A DNA stretch of 64,000 nt from Lingula anatina (GCA_051362555.1 CM120643.1:23936848-24000847); one strand, 5' to 3'; positions 1 through 12,676 are shown, counted from the first letter of the stretch. Notes: a model not told the origin generated them from the sequence alone. Numbers and translations: made by a program.

Positions 1-153
1 ATGACCAAGAATCAACCAGAAGTTCTGACATTTTTCCCGTGTTCTTATTAAATATAAAAACAACAACAGTTTATTCAAATTACAAGTATTACACAGATCC
101 AAACGCAGTCTTGCGAAAATGTATATCTCACTTATAATCATTATGCAACTCAC

Positions 154-504
154 CATTTCGAAGTGAGAGTACGTCCCAATCAACTGCGGTTCCACCCAAA
201 GAGCATAGATCCCCGCTGCTCGGGAATTCATGTGACAGGCCCGAGAACCGTCTGACATCGTCTCCACGTCCATAGAATGGCAATGCGGGTTGTTGATGCA
301 TTTTTCTAAGCAACGGATCATTTTTCCTCTGGGATCCAGCATGACTGTGCCTAGTCGTAAGTTGGAAGGCATGGCGTAACCGTCGCCACACTGAGACGGC
401 TCGTAGACTGTAGTCACTGTGTTTGACAACTTTGAGGTGCAAAGCGTCATCAAGTTGAGGACGCTCACGAACGCCAGCAGAAAGTGATTGGCCGTCTGAT
501 CCAT
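154..504 (-). CDS. First coding exon of a secreted PAN/apple-domain protein (gene continues off the left edge)
   Basis: Minus strand: acceptor tttcAG at 507-506, ATG at 504, 117 open codons MDQTANHFLLAFVSVLNLMTLCTSKLSNTVTTVYEPSQCGDGYAMPSNLRLGTVMLDPRGKMIRCLEKCINNPHCHSMDVETMSDGSRACHMNSRAAGIYALWVEPQLIGTYSHFEM, then donor GTGAGT at 153-148. Hydrophobic leader plus C-x3-C-x5-C...C spacing typical of PAN/apple domains; locally GC-richer than its flanks. Confidence 0.75.
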
Positions 505-639
505 TCTGAAACTTTACAGAAACCATTTCGATAATTTGGCGTTGATGTAAGCGATCTAAATTATTCTATCTACTTGTTTTTATTTTCCGAATCTATACCA
601 CAGGCTACCGGTTTCACTTGTTATATATTCCTTTAGCTC

Positions 640-1036
640 AAAAAAGGGTATTAGCAAAAATGAGGATCAGTGATCATGAATTAGAAATTGAAAGAGGGCG
701 ATATACAAAACCAAAGAAGCCAATTGACAAAAGGAAATGCCCCCACTGCGACTCAGTAGAAGATAAAGCACACTTTTTTCTAGAATGCAGTGAACACAGA
801 GTCGAACGGGAAATACTGTTCGCTTCCATACCGGAGGTGAATTTGCAGGGTCCAACAGACAATAAACTCTATTTTACTCATTCCACTCTCTGCTCAGAGT
901 GTGATTGCCATATGTAAATTTGTTAACAGTGCAAATAAAAAGCGTGTATTCCTGCGTGGATGAGCATAGTTTATTACTTAAATTATTGTAAATGTAAACC
1001 ATTTCTTTGTGCTCAATAAATTATTATTGTTATTAT
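640..1036 (+). mobile_element. 3' fragment of a CR1/L2-group non-LTR retrotransposon
   Basis: Translation LAKMRISDHELEIERGRY...RKCPHCDSVEDKAHFFLEC matches the C-terminal zinc-binding tail of CR1/L2-type ORF2; followed by AATAAA and a (TTA)n-like tail near 1015-1036. Confidence 0.75.
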
Positions 1037-2110
1037 ATTCTATAAAGATTTGAAAGTTAGGCCCTGTGCCTATATCATGAATATGAAGCTTAGTAAAACA
1101 TGTATCTCCAAATAACAAAGCATGACAAACGTTTCGGAAATTAAATATAAGTCATAATATCAGGTATCAAAACGCACCTAGATATGAGGCGTGTTTAGAC
1201 ATTTTAAATTAAAAAGAACGTTTGATGTTTACCTGTACGCCAGAGCTACAACCAAAAACGTATTTCCAGTTTGTGAATGTTGCGAAGCAAACCGGTGTAC
1301 CCACAAAGTGTGCACAATCAACCCAATCTGTACCCCTCAGGAACTGACGGAAATCTGATGGCGAAAATCTGGCGGCAATCTGAAATGTCGCTGTCGCCTA
1401 TTGACCTCTTCTTTCATATATCATTTACTCCATGTAAAAACTCCATTTCCGTTAGTATACATATGTTGCATTGCTGCGGTGATCCATACATATTATGTAA
1501 AATTACATGGAGACAAAAGGGCAATCAAATTATAGATCAATTATCGTCGCCGATACAAAAAGGTGATTAAATCATTGATTAATCAACTAGGCAATGATTG
1601 GGGGCGCATGATATCAATATCTAGTATTATGTTAAGCATTGTTGTAAATTTTTGTACCGTGAACGTACAATTTCTAATAATTCTGTTGCCAAACAAACAA
1701 CAATAGTTTTGAAGAAATTTTAATTTTAGCTATATAAACTTTGTCTTAACTGTACCTTATTACATAGTACGTTTTAAGTCGACAAGATTGTTCGCGTGTA
1801 AAAACACTCAGTTGCTTGATCAATGTCAATCGAGACATTATTGATTTTTCTAATTTCTTTGTGTTGATCAAAGGACCATTGATCTGTCCGTCAAATGGGG
1901 GGGGGGCAGCAAGCAATTAGGGCTTGGTTATTGATTCTATTTCGATGTCTTTCACGAAAACAGATGGAAGCGTTTTCTTAAACAAAATAGACTTATTTCT
2001 ATTCCGCGCGTGCTATGTTGTAAATAAAGTTTCATGCATGTCATGAAAGTTTTGTTAGTTCAAAAATATAAGATGGTCCAAGAAAATGACCTTCATTGTA
2101 ATAGGCTAAG

Positions 2111-2143
<33 letters not shown>

Positions 2144-2588
2144 CGTTCTGGGGGCAAATAGGTCCGTTCGTATCAACTTCACTTTCGGCATTATTTCATT
2201 TTTTCTCAAAAATAAATAATGACTGAATAAATAAATAAATAAATAGGTCTAAATAAATAGCCTTAATAAAAAGTAATAGGCCTATATTTCAATATCTGGG
2301 TTTCACTTCGTTTTTGGTGAACGATGTTTCTTGTGATTCAGGAGAATCACTTTTTGTTGGAAGGGGGTAGTGTCATAATCTGGGTTTCGTTTAATCTTCA
2401 GTGAACGATGTTCAGAGCATTTTGGCTCTCAAGTTATCCGGTCCTGTCCAACATTTAGTCGGTGTCGAAGTCGGTATCGCCGACTATTCATGATCATTGT
2501 TTATCCTATTTGTTACCTTCAAAACTCGCCTGTATGCTGCCGTAACTTCCGTGTGGTCGCGAAAAATGGTTCGGATATACCTCTCCTT

Positions 2589-2596
2589 CCCCCCCC

Positions 2597-2627
<31 letters not shown>

Positions 2628-2671
2628 ACACTCACACACACAAACACACACACACACACACACACAAACAC
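2589..2671. repeat. Poly-C plus (CA)n microsatellite
   Basis: Seen directly. Confidence 0.9.
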
Positions 2672-3179
2672 GTTTTTTCTTCTAGTGAATTCAGAACAGA
2701 ACGTCATACTATTACACTCGGAACTACTTGGAATCAGCCGAGGATTGCCGATTGTCATACTAATGGGCGCAGCCATTACCCATTTTGGGAGTTGCTACGC
2801 GGGTCGAAGTTCACGCGGTGACGTAATCCCTGACGACTCAGAATAAGTATAAATAGGAGTCACTGATAGTCTATCCGTCAGTACTAGATCGTGGTTTGTA
2901 GGTTTATAGTTAGTACAGCTAATTTAGATAATGAAGGATGTTTATAAATTTTATTCTATGTCTTTAGTGCAATTTTCGTGACTAGTCTTGATCAGCGCTG
3001 CCGTCGCGGACGCTCCTTTTCCTTGCGTTAGTTTTTGTGAATTTTTCCTTTTCTTTCTCCGATACTTGAGGATTTTTTTAGGAATTATGTAATAGGAGAC
3101 AAGGCATTATTTTTCTTTTTAGTTTTCACATATTTATTTTATTTTATTTTATTTTTATTATTAGTTCATAACCAATCTT

Positions 3180-3325
3180 ATGGTCATATTATAATTTTCT
3201 CATCAGGTCACTGTCACTTTCTTATGTTCACGCTATAATTTTCTCATCAGGCCAGTCATTCTCATGTGGTCATATTATTATTTTCTCATCATGTCAGTCA
3301 CTCTCGTATGGTCATATATTATGGT
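3180..3325. repeat. Degenerate short tandem repeat (~40-45 bp unit)
   Basis: Recurring tatggtcatatt...ttttctcatca(g/t)gtca motifs. Confidence 0.55.
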
Positions 3326-4147
3326 CAATACACCGGTATATTATAACTGCACTGAGATTGTGAGATTGAAAGGGCTCCGCACGATTAATTTTTCCTGCGT
3401 GATGACATGGCATAAAATGACACGGCACCTGCTCGCCGCAGCCCGTACGTGTATGTAGCTGCTTACGATGTCAAAAAATTCGTAACATTCGTTAAATCGT
3501 ACACGATTTCATTGTACGACGCCCGCGGCAAATGTAATCTAGGCAGAAATCTTTATATAACCACACAGTACATGTAACTATATCATTTATTCTTACATCA
3601 AACAATTTGTAGACCAAAATTTAAAATTAAAATTACTGACCAAAATTTACACACTATATCAGTGACACATGTTAACATTAGAAATGTTTCAGCCAAAAAA
3701 ATAATAATAATCAAACAATCAAAAAGCTCCGAGACGTTATGTCAGATAATAGTCCAAACTGAATTGTATCCATTACTACATCAACAATTTTAAACATTGA
3801 AAAGACAACAATTGGAAGGAAAATCGATTAACAAAGAGAATACCAAAACGTCTGAATATATATATATGCCAGTATGTTTCTGTATGCATGTATGTGTGCG
3901 CATGTTTATGTGCGTGTGCATGCATGTGTGCTTGTGTGTGTCAATCCTGCTTCGGTTTTCTACCACGGTTGTTTTTAGAACATATTCAAAATACGATGGC
4001 AATATTGCAACCCCTAAATATGGACTTATCCGAGGCAGTCAATATGACCTGATTGTGAAACTGAACTGTTAAATCCGTTTCCATTTATATAGTGTCTGAA
4101 TATTTGCATTTATCTCGTGGCGGTGGTCAAATTATCGGTCGACTCAG

Positions 4148-5424
4148 TCATTCATCCTCATCTTCATCATCGTCATCATCACCATCGTTGTCATCCACGA
4201 ACTTTACCAACTTTTGAAGGAGCTGAAATGCCGACAATATTTGCCTCGATAAATTTGCATAAATTTGCATAATGCAACTGCAGTTCTTTTATGGAATGAA
4301 GTGAATTTCTACCTGATCATTCCATCTCCAAAATAATTTCTTGAATAAATATTACAGTAATATACTGATCAATATACACTTAGATTTTAGTAAAACAGTT
4401 ATATGAAAAATTGGACATACATGTAATATCGTATTTTGTCCATGATGAAAATGATCATATTTAAAATGGCATAAAATGAACAATTTCCAGCCTGTTTACA
4501 GATGTGAATTGTTAAATGTTCACTGCAAGATCATTTAAGAAATTTCAACCAGCATAACTAAATGAGACACAACAGTGATCGACTGTTCTTTATGATAACA
4601 TCACAGTTTTTACCTTCGCCAAGAAGGTCATGTCTTTCCGTCTGTCTGTTTGTCATCAACATAACTCAAAAAGTTACGGACCGATTTTGATGAAATTTTC
4701 AGGGTAGGTCAGAAATGGGTCAACTTAGAAGTGATTAGTTTTTGGTGGTGATCCGGATCAATAATCAATCAATAATCAATAATAATAAAAAAAATCGTTG
4801 CCTTGGCGGAGGTCTGCGCTCTCGGAGTGCTTTTCTAGTTAGAAATAGTATTAAAATGATAACATTTAATCCTTTCAGTAAGAAATGCATTAAAAAACTC
4901 CACTTATGCTCGACAGCGCTAGCGTTGTAGTAGTCAGATCGACCATATTCCGGTTTATAACTATGATGTGAAAGCTCTTACGTCGTCGCTGTCTCTCTCT
5001 CCCGCTTCCTGGCCGTCTTCCATCTGCGTGGCTTCGTCCATTGAGCGACGACGGCGACGGCGGCGGCGGCGGCGGCTGCGGCGGGTATTACCTATAAGCG
5101 GAATTAAAAACAAACTTTCTCTGCAATAACATACATGCGCTCTCATTTGATATCCCAAAATATTTTCTCTTGCCTTTAATGTCGTTTACTAAAATTCATT
5201 AGTTTCTCAAAGCATTTTTCCGACGGCACTAGTAACTTTAGTTGTTGCGCAGGTTTGTGAAGGAGGGTTATACACAAGACTCAATGAACACTGGGGAACA
5301 AAACCAAAACAGTTTTATCTCTCCTTTTATCCCACATAGTATCATGCTTACCTTCCGATTCCTCAGACATCTCCACCAAGAGCATGATGGTCAAAAGCAG
5401 AGCAAACCACTTCAGCTTGTTCAT
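4148..5424 (-). CDS. Secreted poly-arginine peptide precursor, copy 1 (3 exons, 85 aa)
   Basis: Exons 5424-5352 (MNKLKWFALLLTIMLLVEMSEESE+G, donor GTAAGC, phase 1), 5091-4982 (GNTRRSRRRRRRRRRRSMDEATQMEDGQEAGERDSDD, acceptor ttatAG, donor GTAAGA, phase 0) and 4222-4148 (LLQKLVKFVDDNDGDDDDDEDEDE*, acceptor tttcAG). Splice sites, phases and frame are conserved in three paralogs. Confidence 0.9.
4608..4840 (+). mobile_element. Non-autonomous Helentron/DINE-like (HINE) element in intron 2 of copy 1
   Basis: Starts tttaccttcgccaagaagg, has a (GTCT)-like microsatellite, the subterminal inverted repeat ccttggcggaggt, a 3' hairpin gcgctctcggagtgc and ends ctagtt. Absent at the paralogous site of copy 2 (~14920, acagtttttacaaacagtag). 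Confidence 0.7.
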
Positions 5425-5560
5425 AGTGAGTGTGTGGCAACGGGACAGCAGTTGTCCTTGCAAAGGGCACGCACAGGCTGAAGGCGAAAACGCCCAACTC
5501 TCAGTTTTGTACCCTTGGAAATATCAATGTTCTCAACGCATGCGCAGTAATTGCATTATT
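5425..5560 (-). promoter_or_regulatory. Conserved 5'UTR/proximal promoter block of the poly-Arg peptide genes
   Basis: Closely similar blocks lie upstream of all five ATGs (also 15531-15670, 32454-32595, 37192-37330, 45769-45905), with GCGCATG and a TACAAAA TATA-like box about 85 nt upstream of ATG (variant in copy 3). Function is inferred. Confidence 0.6.
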
Positions 5561-6001
5561 CGAAAAAAAAAACTGATGTTGTACGATATTGTATTATTTT
5601 GTAAAAAATTCTGTCACTCTTAGTATTAACTTACAGCCTACTCACTTTCTGATTCTCTCTGGGCCAATTTACATCATTCACCAGCAGAATTTCAAAGAAT
5701 TCATTGCAACTGTGTATGTATCGTTGGTGTCGAGTCACGCGTGGAGGTCTTGAGGACTTTGAAAGTCGGGGTGAAGTATTCGTTTTTTAGGTTGACGACA
5801 ATTAAACTCTGCATAGCATCCTCTAAGTATTTCAACTCGTTCTACCCAAGTCTCACTTTTATTCCAAACTGCGTTCTTTAAACTTCAGACAAAAAAACTC
5901 ATATTGTTACCTTTCGGAACTGAACAGCTCTGTGTTTGATTCAATCTTCAATAGTCAAATATAGCTGGGAATTGTAGCCACAGCGCCACAAAGGAGAAAT
6001 C

Positions 6002-6265
6002 AGCATCTATGCAACCTTTGCCTGGGCAAAAAAACTGTTTATAATGATAACGCCAGATATACTCTTAATAAAAGAACTGAAATAATTACCATGTGTCGGC
6101 ATAAGGTGACGTAACTGACACGGCGTGCGACGGAAGTGTCGTCACGCCGTGTAGATAAACGACTAAAGAACCATTTTCAAATAAACCTCCTGACGATCGG
6201 GCATACCTTCTCTCGGAGTCGGGGTTGATACATGTCTCTTTTTTTAATTTATTTAATTAATTTTA
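6002..6265 (+). repeat. ~260 bp direct repeat, second copy at ~8080-8330
   Basis: ctatgcaacctttgcctgg...aaaagaactgaaataattaccatgtgtcggcataa...ggagtcggggtt occurs on both sides of the Tc1 element. Confidence 0.8.
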
Positions 6266-6358
6266 ATTGTGCATAAATTTTAATTGTGCATAAATGCTCC
6301 GGACAGTTGAGCAGTTGAGCACTCTGTACCACACTCACGCTTGTTATATAGGCATATA

Positions 6359-8018
6359 CAGACTTGACATTTAATATGGAATATTTCAGTTTCAACGGTA
6401 TGCTTAGGTAAAAATGCGTTCTTTTTTCATAAAACTCAGATCTCATATAAGACATCTGACTGGAGAAGTGTGAAGTCAGGTGTGTCGCTACCAATTAACT
6501 GACTACCAAGTCTGTTGCACTGCTGCATTGTGTAATATGCAGTGATTTTATTGGGTAGTGCTCCTTTGGGCTGGTCAAAGCTTGGCTTTGGCGAAGCATG
6601 ATTCTGTCAAAAAAGTATCCATATGTCGGCAACTACTGAATAGAAGGATTAAAAAATTTGCATGCAAGCGGTCGGTTTTGCAGTGCGTAAAATGAGTTCA
6701 ACTATGTTTTACAAAGTTGTTAATCTGTGCCAGAATGGCGCGAAAAAGACAGACATTGCAAGACAGATTATTGTGGCAAACGAAATGGTCTGCACAGTTC
6801 TATGGAGTTATGCCCAGACTGATGTATCTACACAGAGACCACGCCCAATGTATTGACATTTTACCACCAGGGCACAGGACTCACTGTCCTTCAGGATATG
6901 CTGCTGCAACTAAACAAAAGCCACCCAGTCCGTTCAGAATGAGGGGCAAATTGTGACCAAAACGCGTTTTTCAATGCTCTTAGCGAATACCAAACTAGTT
7001 TTAGCAGGTTAGAATACTAAACGACCTCTGAGGAAGCCACTGTAAACAGCAAAACAGCGTCGTCCGTCTATCTAATGAATTGAGGACCATGGCCGTTTCT
7101 GGGTAGAACACTGAAACCGCGTGGCTTTCTTTATTGAGGTCAGATTTCACCTGTACCGCTTAACTGGTCAAAACAGAGTTTACAGACATCCTGAAGAGGC
7201 CTACGACAAGGCGTGTGTCGCTTCTAAAGTGACTAGGGTCATTGGCATCGTCAGTATTTGGAGTGGATACCACATTGGTGCCAAAACACCAATGGTAGTC
7301 ATTGATGAAAACCTAAACCAGATGAAATAAAGAAATAATCTGGGAACCATTTGACTATCATTTGATAGGGGGCACCTTAGGAACAATTTTAGGTTGCACG
7401 ATGAGATTACCCGTTCACACAGAGCACTTTTAATAGCAGATAACTTAAAGAACCAAGGGATTGAGCAGATACATTGGTCATCAAAATCGCCATATTTGAA
7501 CCACATAGACAACACGTGGGTAGGTTATTACTCGCCGAATCAACGGCCTGCATGTCCTACAACAATTCTGAACCAAATTGGACAAGTTTTGACCGTTGCC
7601 TGGATTTTTTTCCAGATTAAACTCTAAAAACCTATCCTAAGGAATGCCTTGCCGCTTGAAAGCTCTGGTAGCAGCCAGATGAGGTCAGGTGTAACAGCGA
7701 CCGTTGCTGTGGCAAGACACTGACATGAGGGTCCTTTGTGGGGCGTGTAGCACTTTTAAAGACGATAATTTGGAAAATATGGAGATCCAAAATATCGCTT
7801 TCAATGGTTGTCGTACGACTTAAAATAGGCAATGCATTTTTGTTTGCTTCACTGGCGAATTCAATTAATGAACTGATGTCACAATGACATCAAAGGGATA
7901 CATAAAAGTTATTAAAACATGATTTTAATCCCTATTTTCATTTATCAGTCAGCAAAATAGGAAAAAACTGATGAAAAATAATTTGGAAAAAAATATTCCA
8001 TATTAAATATCAAGTCTG
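6359..8018 (+). mobile_element. Decayed Tc1/mariner DNA transposon, copy A
   Basis: TA|CAGACTTGACATTTAATATGGAATA ... TATTCCATATTAAATATCAAGTCTG|TA terminal inverted repeats with TA duplication. Broken transposase pieces: HTH-like KKTDIARQ, FIEVRFHL...RVYR, and WSSKSPYLNHIDNTW (WPxxSPDLNPIE motif). Confidence 0.9.
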
Positions 8019-8322
8019 TATATATATATATACCCAGTATGACATCAGATGGGACATCATAAAGAAATCAGGAAAAATCGGCACCTATGCAACCTTTGCC
8101 TGGACGAAAAACTGTTAATAATGATAACACCAGATACTCTAAATAAAAGAACTGAAATAATTACCATGTGTCGGCATAAAGTGACGTAATTAACACGGCG
8201 TGCGACGTAAAACGGCTAATAAAACCATTTTCAAACAAACCTCATGACGATCGGGCATATGCCCGTGAAACTTGGAGTCGGGGTTATTGCATGTCTCTTG
8301 TTTATTTATTTATTTATTAATC

Positions 8323-8328
<6 letters not shown>

Positions 8329-8398
<70 letters not shown>
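8329..8398. repeat. (TA)n microsatellite
   Basis: Seen directly. Confidence 0.95.
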
Positions 8399-8401
<3 letters not shown>

Positions 8402-9057
8402 CGTTTGGTCAACAAAGTAGCAGGAATAATGAATAGTTTAAAGGTAGAAATTATCAGCATTCTTATTTATTCGACCAGAAATGGTGAAAGTTAGACAGTC
8501 ATTCTATGACAGATAAATATTTTGTACACAAAAGCATTCATTGGACCATGTATTGCTTGACATTTGAATGTAAAACATCTTATTGTAATGATACTGGTCT
8601 CGTATATTAACGAACCACACCTCTCCCTTGTTCTTTATGCAATAGTTCACATCTTTGTGAGATCAATTTGACATCCCGACCGCAGTTTCGACTTAGAGTG
8701 CTAGTTCTAACATGTTTAGGTATAGGTATGTTTAAGTATACTTGGGGGGAGGGGGTACTTTGAAAAGTATTATCAAATGTACACAGAAAGCACCTTGTAA
8801 ATATATCAATAAGACTATTAAATAGCCAGTACATGAACATCTGATTTCAACCATTCAGATTATTTATTACGACTGACGAGGGGCTTGGTATATGTTTTAT
8901 CTTTTCACGTCTCCCACATCTGCCTGTCTGAATTCATTCTTTAATATACCCTTTTTAAAACGAAGGATCTTCGTCGAATTTTATTACAGCTACACGGGCC
9001 CCTGGTAGTGCTTTTGTTTTTCGTCTCCCAAGGCGGTTGCTGTGTACATGCCCCGTC

Positions 9058-9479
9058 AATCATACACCACTAAAAGAGCGCATATGTATTTATTGTTCCT
9101 CTAAAGAAATTAAGAGGGAGAAACATTTTTTAATTAACTGCGAGCTCTATAAAGACATCAGAGAAGAGCTTTTTACCTTTGCAAATCAAATAGACGAACA
9201 TTTTAAAGCTTTTAATGACTATGAAAAAGTTTTTATTTCTTATGCGAAACGAACAAATACAATTTTATACATCGAAAAATGATGTGGAAAAGAAGCAAAG
9301 CTAACAACAAAGAGAGGAGTTGAAAAGTTTTATATATAATATCCTTTTTTATGTGTTTTATTGATAAGTAATAATTTTAAAGAACTTTTATGAATTTTAA
9401 ATCAAGTAGCACAGGTATTAATCTCTCATAACCCTCAGTAGGGTGGGTTTTATTTTTTAAAACTTGAGACGTTAATAAA

Positions 9480-9521
<42 letters not shown>

Positions 9522-9522
9522 T
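9058..9522 (+). mobile_element. 3' fragment of a CR1/L2-group LINE
   Basis: ERICIYCSSKEIKREKHFLINCELYKDIREELF zinc-tail motif, then AATAAA and a (TTA)n tail at 9481-9521. The paralogous site near 17975-17990 lacks the insert. Confidence 0.75.
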
Positions 9523-10059
9523 ATCATCAGCCAGGTTGTTTACAAGATCTGCCATACAGTATATTCATTATTTCCACTTTTTTTGTGCCATAGAATTATT
9601 TCTTTCAGTCACACTTTTCAATTTCCTTGTCAAATGATGGCAATATCAGATTATTAGGTTTTGGTGTCGTAAATGACAACATAAAGCCTGTATTCAAGTG
9701 ATACTCTTCATCACTGCAAACAAACGAGACCAGTGCACTGCTATTGAAGCTGCAGTAAATCTTTTGGCGCCGTATTGTCGATAACATATCTTCGAAACAA
9801 TATAGTTGTGACAGAAAGTGATACCCTAGCCTTCAGTGAAAATCGTGGAAAATTTTAAAATCCATGCCTTGTTAGTATGGGGAATTTTTCGTATTTAGTA
9901 ACAAAAGTTTATTTATGTACACTACCCGTGGTTCTAGATTTCGGTATTACCAACTCGATCTTGATTTCATATATAACCCACATCAGCAATACTGACTGTA
10001 AAGCTAACACATGAAAAAGTATTGTGAACCAGTTAGTTTTATAATGCCCTGACACTCAG

Positions 10060-10345
10060 ACAGGGGCGGATCCAGGATTATTTGAAGTGGGGTCCGAAAC
10101 GACAAACCTCAGATGCGAAGCCGACCATCGTCCCTTTCACGTGAGGCTCGGGGCCTGCTCAGGAGCCCCCAATTTTTTTTTTTTTTTTTTTGGTGTTTTG
10201 GGAGGGCAAACGGCGCCCTTTGGTACGGTTTAGAACTATGATTCAGTTAGTCAAAAATCTAATTTCAAAAGGGGAAAATTGATGTGATTTTTCGGAAACC
10301 GAAAGGGGAGGGGCAGCCCCCCCCCCCCCCCCCGACCCCCCACCT
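10060..10345 (+). mobile_element. Short interspersed MITE-like repeat (CAGGGGCGGATCCAGG family)
   Basis: Related copies at ~28931-29135 and, inverted, at ~32643-32925 share cctttggta...tagaa.ta..att.agctagtcaaaat. Confidence 0.65.
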
Positions 10346-11194
10346 CTAAACCCGCAATGCTCAGTGTAATGAACACTCAGCGTTTGCACCAAACGTATTT
10401 GCAGGTCACCGCTCACTACACCATGGGGAAATGTCATCTTATTTTGCCATCTGATTCGTTCCAAGAATACTGGAATATCTTTTGAGTTGCACTTGCTTTC
10501 ACAAATAAAAACAAAAGGCAAAAGCTGAGTACGATTAGCGGTCGTAAATTGCGCCATATTTTTGTTTTGTATTTCGAGTTTTCTCGTGCGAAGCATACGT
10601 GAGTGTTCAAAACAGGAAGTTAAAGCTGGAAATTTTCAGTGTTGGATTAGGTTTCGCTTCGCGTGTGTGAACAACAAGCGAATCGGATTTTTCAGATGGC
10701 AGTGTGAACGGAGTATTAGATATCAAGAAAAACATTTACATAATCATCCTAGTGTTAATTCTACATAAGTTGTAGGTAAAAAAATATCTGGGACTTTTAA
10801 ATCTCGTATATTAACCGGCTTTAATAAAATTACATCCGGATCTGTCCATGGCATGTCTGGACCTATTCGTGTGCCAGTAATACCCGCCCTGCTAACGGCG
10901 CTGTAATTAGGATTGCGTGAGAGAGCAGCCTCAACTGTCATAGCCACAACATACATGTACATATTATGCCACAGGTCTAAGAGCGTAAACGGTGAATTCT
11001 GTGTAAATTGATATTTTGTCCTCTTTATTGTCAAACTTTGCCAGTTACAGACACATAGATTCTAATATATTAAATGCAGTAAGGATGAACTTTGCAATGA
11101 ATGTGTACGTATGCCATACTGATAGTTTTAACAAGGTTGTGAGGTTAAAACATGTATTGTTCGTTCGTCAGAGAAGGATTTCATCAGCTGTGTT

Positions 11195-11452
11195 ATAATA
11201 AAATATTTTCTTCAATCAACAGCTAAGTACGAAAATTTTTAACCTTCAAAATTTCAATGTCTGTCAGAGCATCTTCATCATTGAATAATGCTATCCAGGG
11301 GAATAGCCTCTATTCAGGAGATATACTTGCCCCCCCCCCTCCCTCCCCTCCGCCAGTTGCCTTAGTAAAAGGGAAAAACAGAGAAGAGACCAAGCTACTG
11401 TCCATAACAGTTAAAACTTGAACAAAACATTACATTGTACTACACTACACGG

Positions 11453-11487
<35 letters not shown>

Positions 11488-12010
11488 GCTTACAACGGAC
11501 GTTTAACAAGTACAACATTTTCGGAATGCAGTGGTAAGTCCCAAAGACCCATTAGCCAACAATGAAAAGTGTGGAGTACATGTAGGTCTGAAAAGGAATG
11601 CGAATATATGGGTAAATCGGGAAGATCAGTGGCTGGAAGAATAGTAGAACACCAAAAATCAAGACAACTTGTCAGCATTAAGCCAGCACGGGGAGCAATC
11701 TGGACACAAAGTACCACATGGTCTCAAAATTGAATAAATCAATGTGATTGACAGCGGAAACGATCGACATCAAGAAGACAGGGACCATTCTGAACAGAAA
11801 TGCTGGTGCCATCCCTGATGTATATCTGCCTTTCCTTAGCAAAAAGGTATGTGTGTGACTGGGGGGGGGGGGGGGGCAAGTATATCTCCTGAATAGAGGC
11901 TATTCCTCTGAATAACCGCATTCCCTGAGGAAGATGCTCTGAGAGACATCGCAATATTGGAGGTAAACAATTTCAATATTTAGCTGTGAACTGAAAAAAA
12001 TTACTTTATT
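11195..12010. mobile_element. Inverted-repeat (foldback) element enclosing a Penelope-like GIY-YIG fragment
   Basis: gaatagcctctattcaggagatatacttgccccc (~11300-11340) is inverted at ~11865-11905, with more degenerate arms out to ~11195 and ~12010. The interior (+ strand, ~11525-11800) reads PKDPLANNEKCGV...EYMGKSGRSVAGRIVEH...SALSQH, a decayed Penelope GIY-YIG endonuclease. Confidence 0.6.
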
Positions 12011-12676
12011 GATATTGTTTGTTGTTTTCATTTTAGGTTCTCATGATGCTCTTGGTCCTCAGGTTGTATTCTTTGAACTATCAAGGTGTAAAAATTAAGC
12101 CAGTTCGTCATTAGTTGAAACTTCTTGTGTTCTTAGGCATTTTTTAGCATTTCTTAACAGTTTTATTTTTAAATAGTTATCGATTACCCCCTTTTATGTC
12201 TGTCTGAAGTTGAGTGGTATCTCCTTTGCGACAGTAACCCGACAAGTTTTCGTATTAGTCGACACTACTGAAAACACGATGAAGACGATATTAAAGCTGA
12301 TTTGTGAGATTGTGTTAGCTGAACCAATCCACCTTCCTCACACACATTTATGCAAACTTGCTTCTGGAGAGAATCTATATGGAGAGCACTCGAAGACCCT
12401 AGACCTCCGCCAAGGCAACTGAATTCTCATTATGATCAATTAATTATTAAAAAAAACATAGATATAGAGTCAAGTAATTTGATTAATGTATCATTGGCAT
12501 ACCAAGTACAGTAAAACACATACCTTGAGATGTTATGTGATCGATCGATTGTAAAACACTAACTGTCATCCCTAGTGAAATATGTCAGAATACCTCGAAC
12601 GAGAGCGAGACAGGTGCCCGAGAATTATTTCGTGGGAGGAAGGCGGCGCATTGTATCCCATACAGGAGACTTTGAT

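Noticed and set aside
128-526. 132-aa minus-strand ORF in the track
   Set aside because: Alternative frame overlapping the better supported signal peptide + PAN exon (154-504).
2490-2846. Pro/His/Thr-rich ORFs
   Set aside because: Produced by the poly-C and (CA)n microsatellite.
4961-5158. Single-exon protamine interpretation of the Arg-rich ORF
   Set aside because: Only 4982-5091 is conserved and it is bounded by AG/GT; it joins a signal-peptide exon and an acidic exon, unlike protamines.
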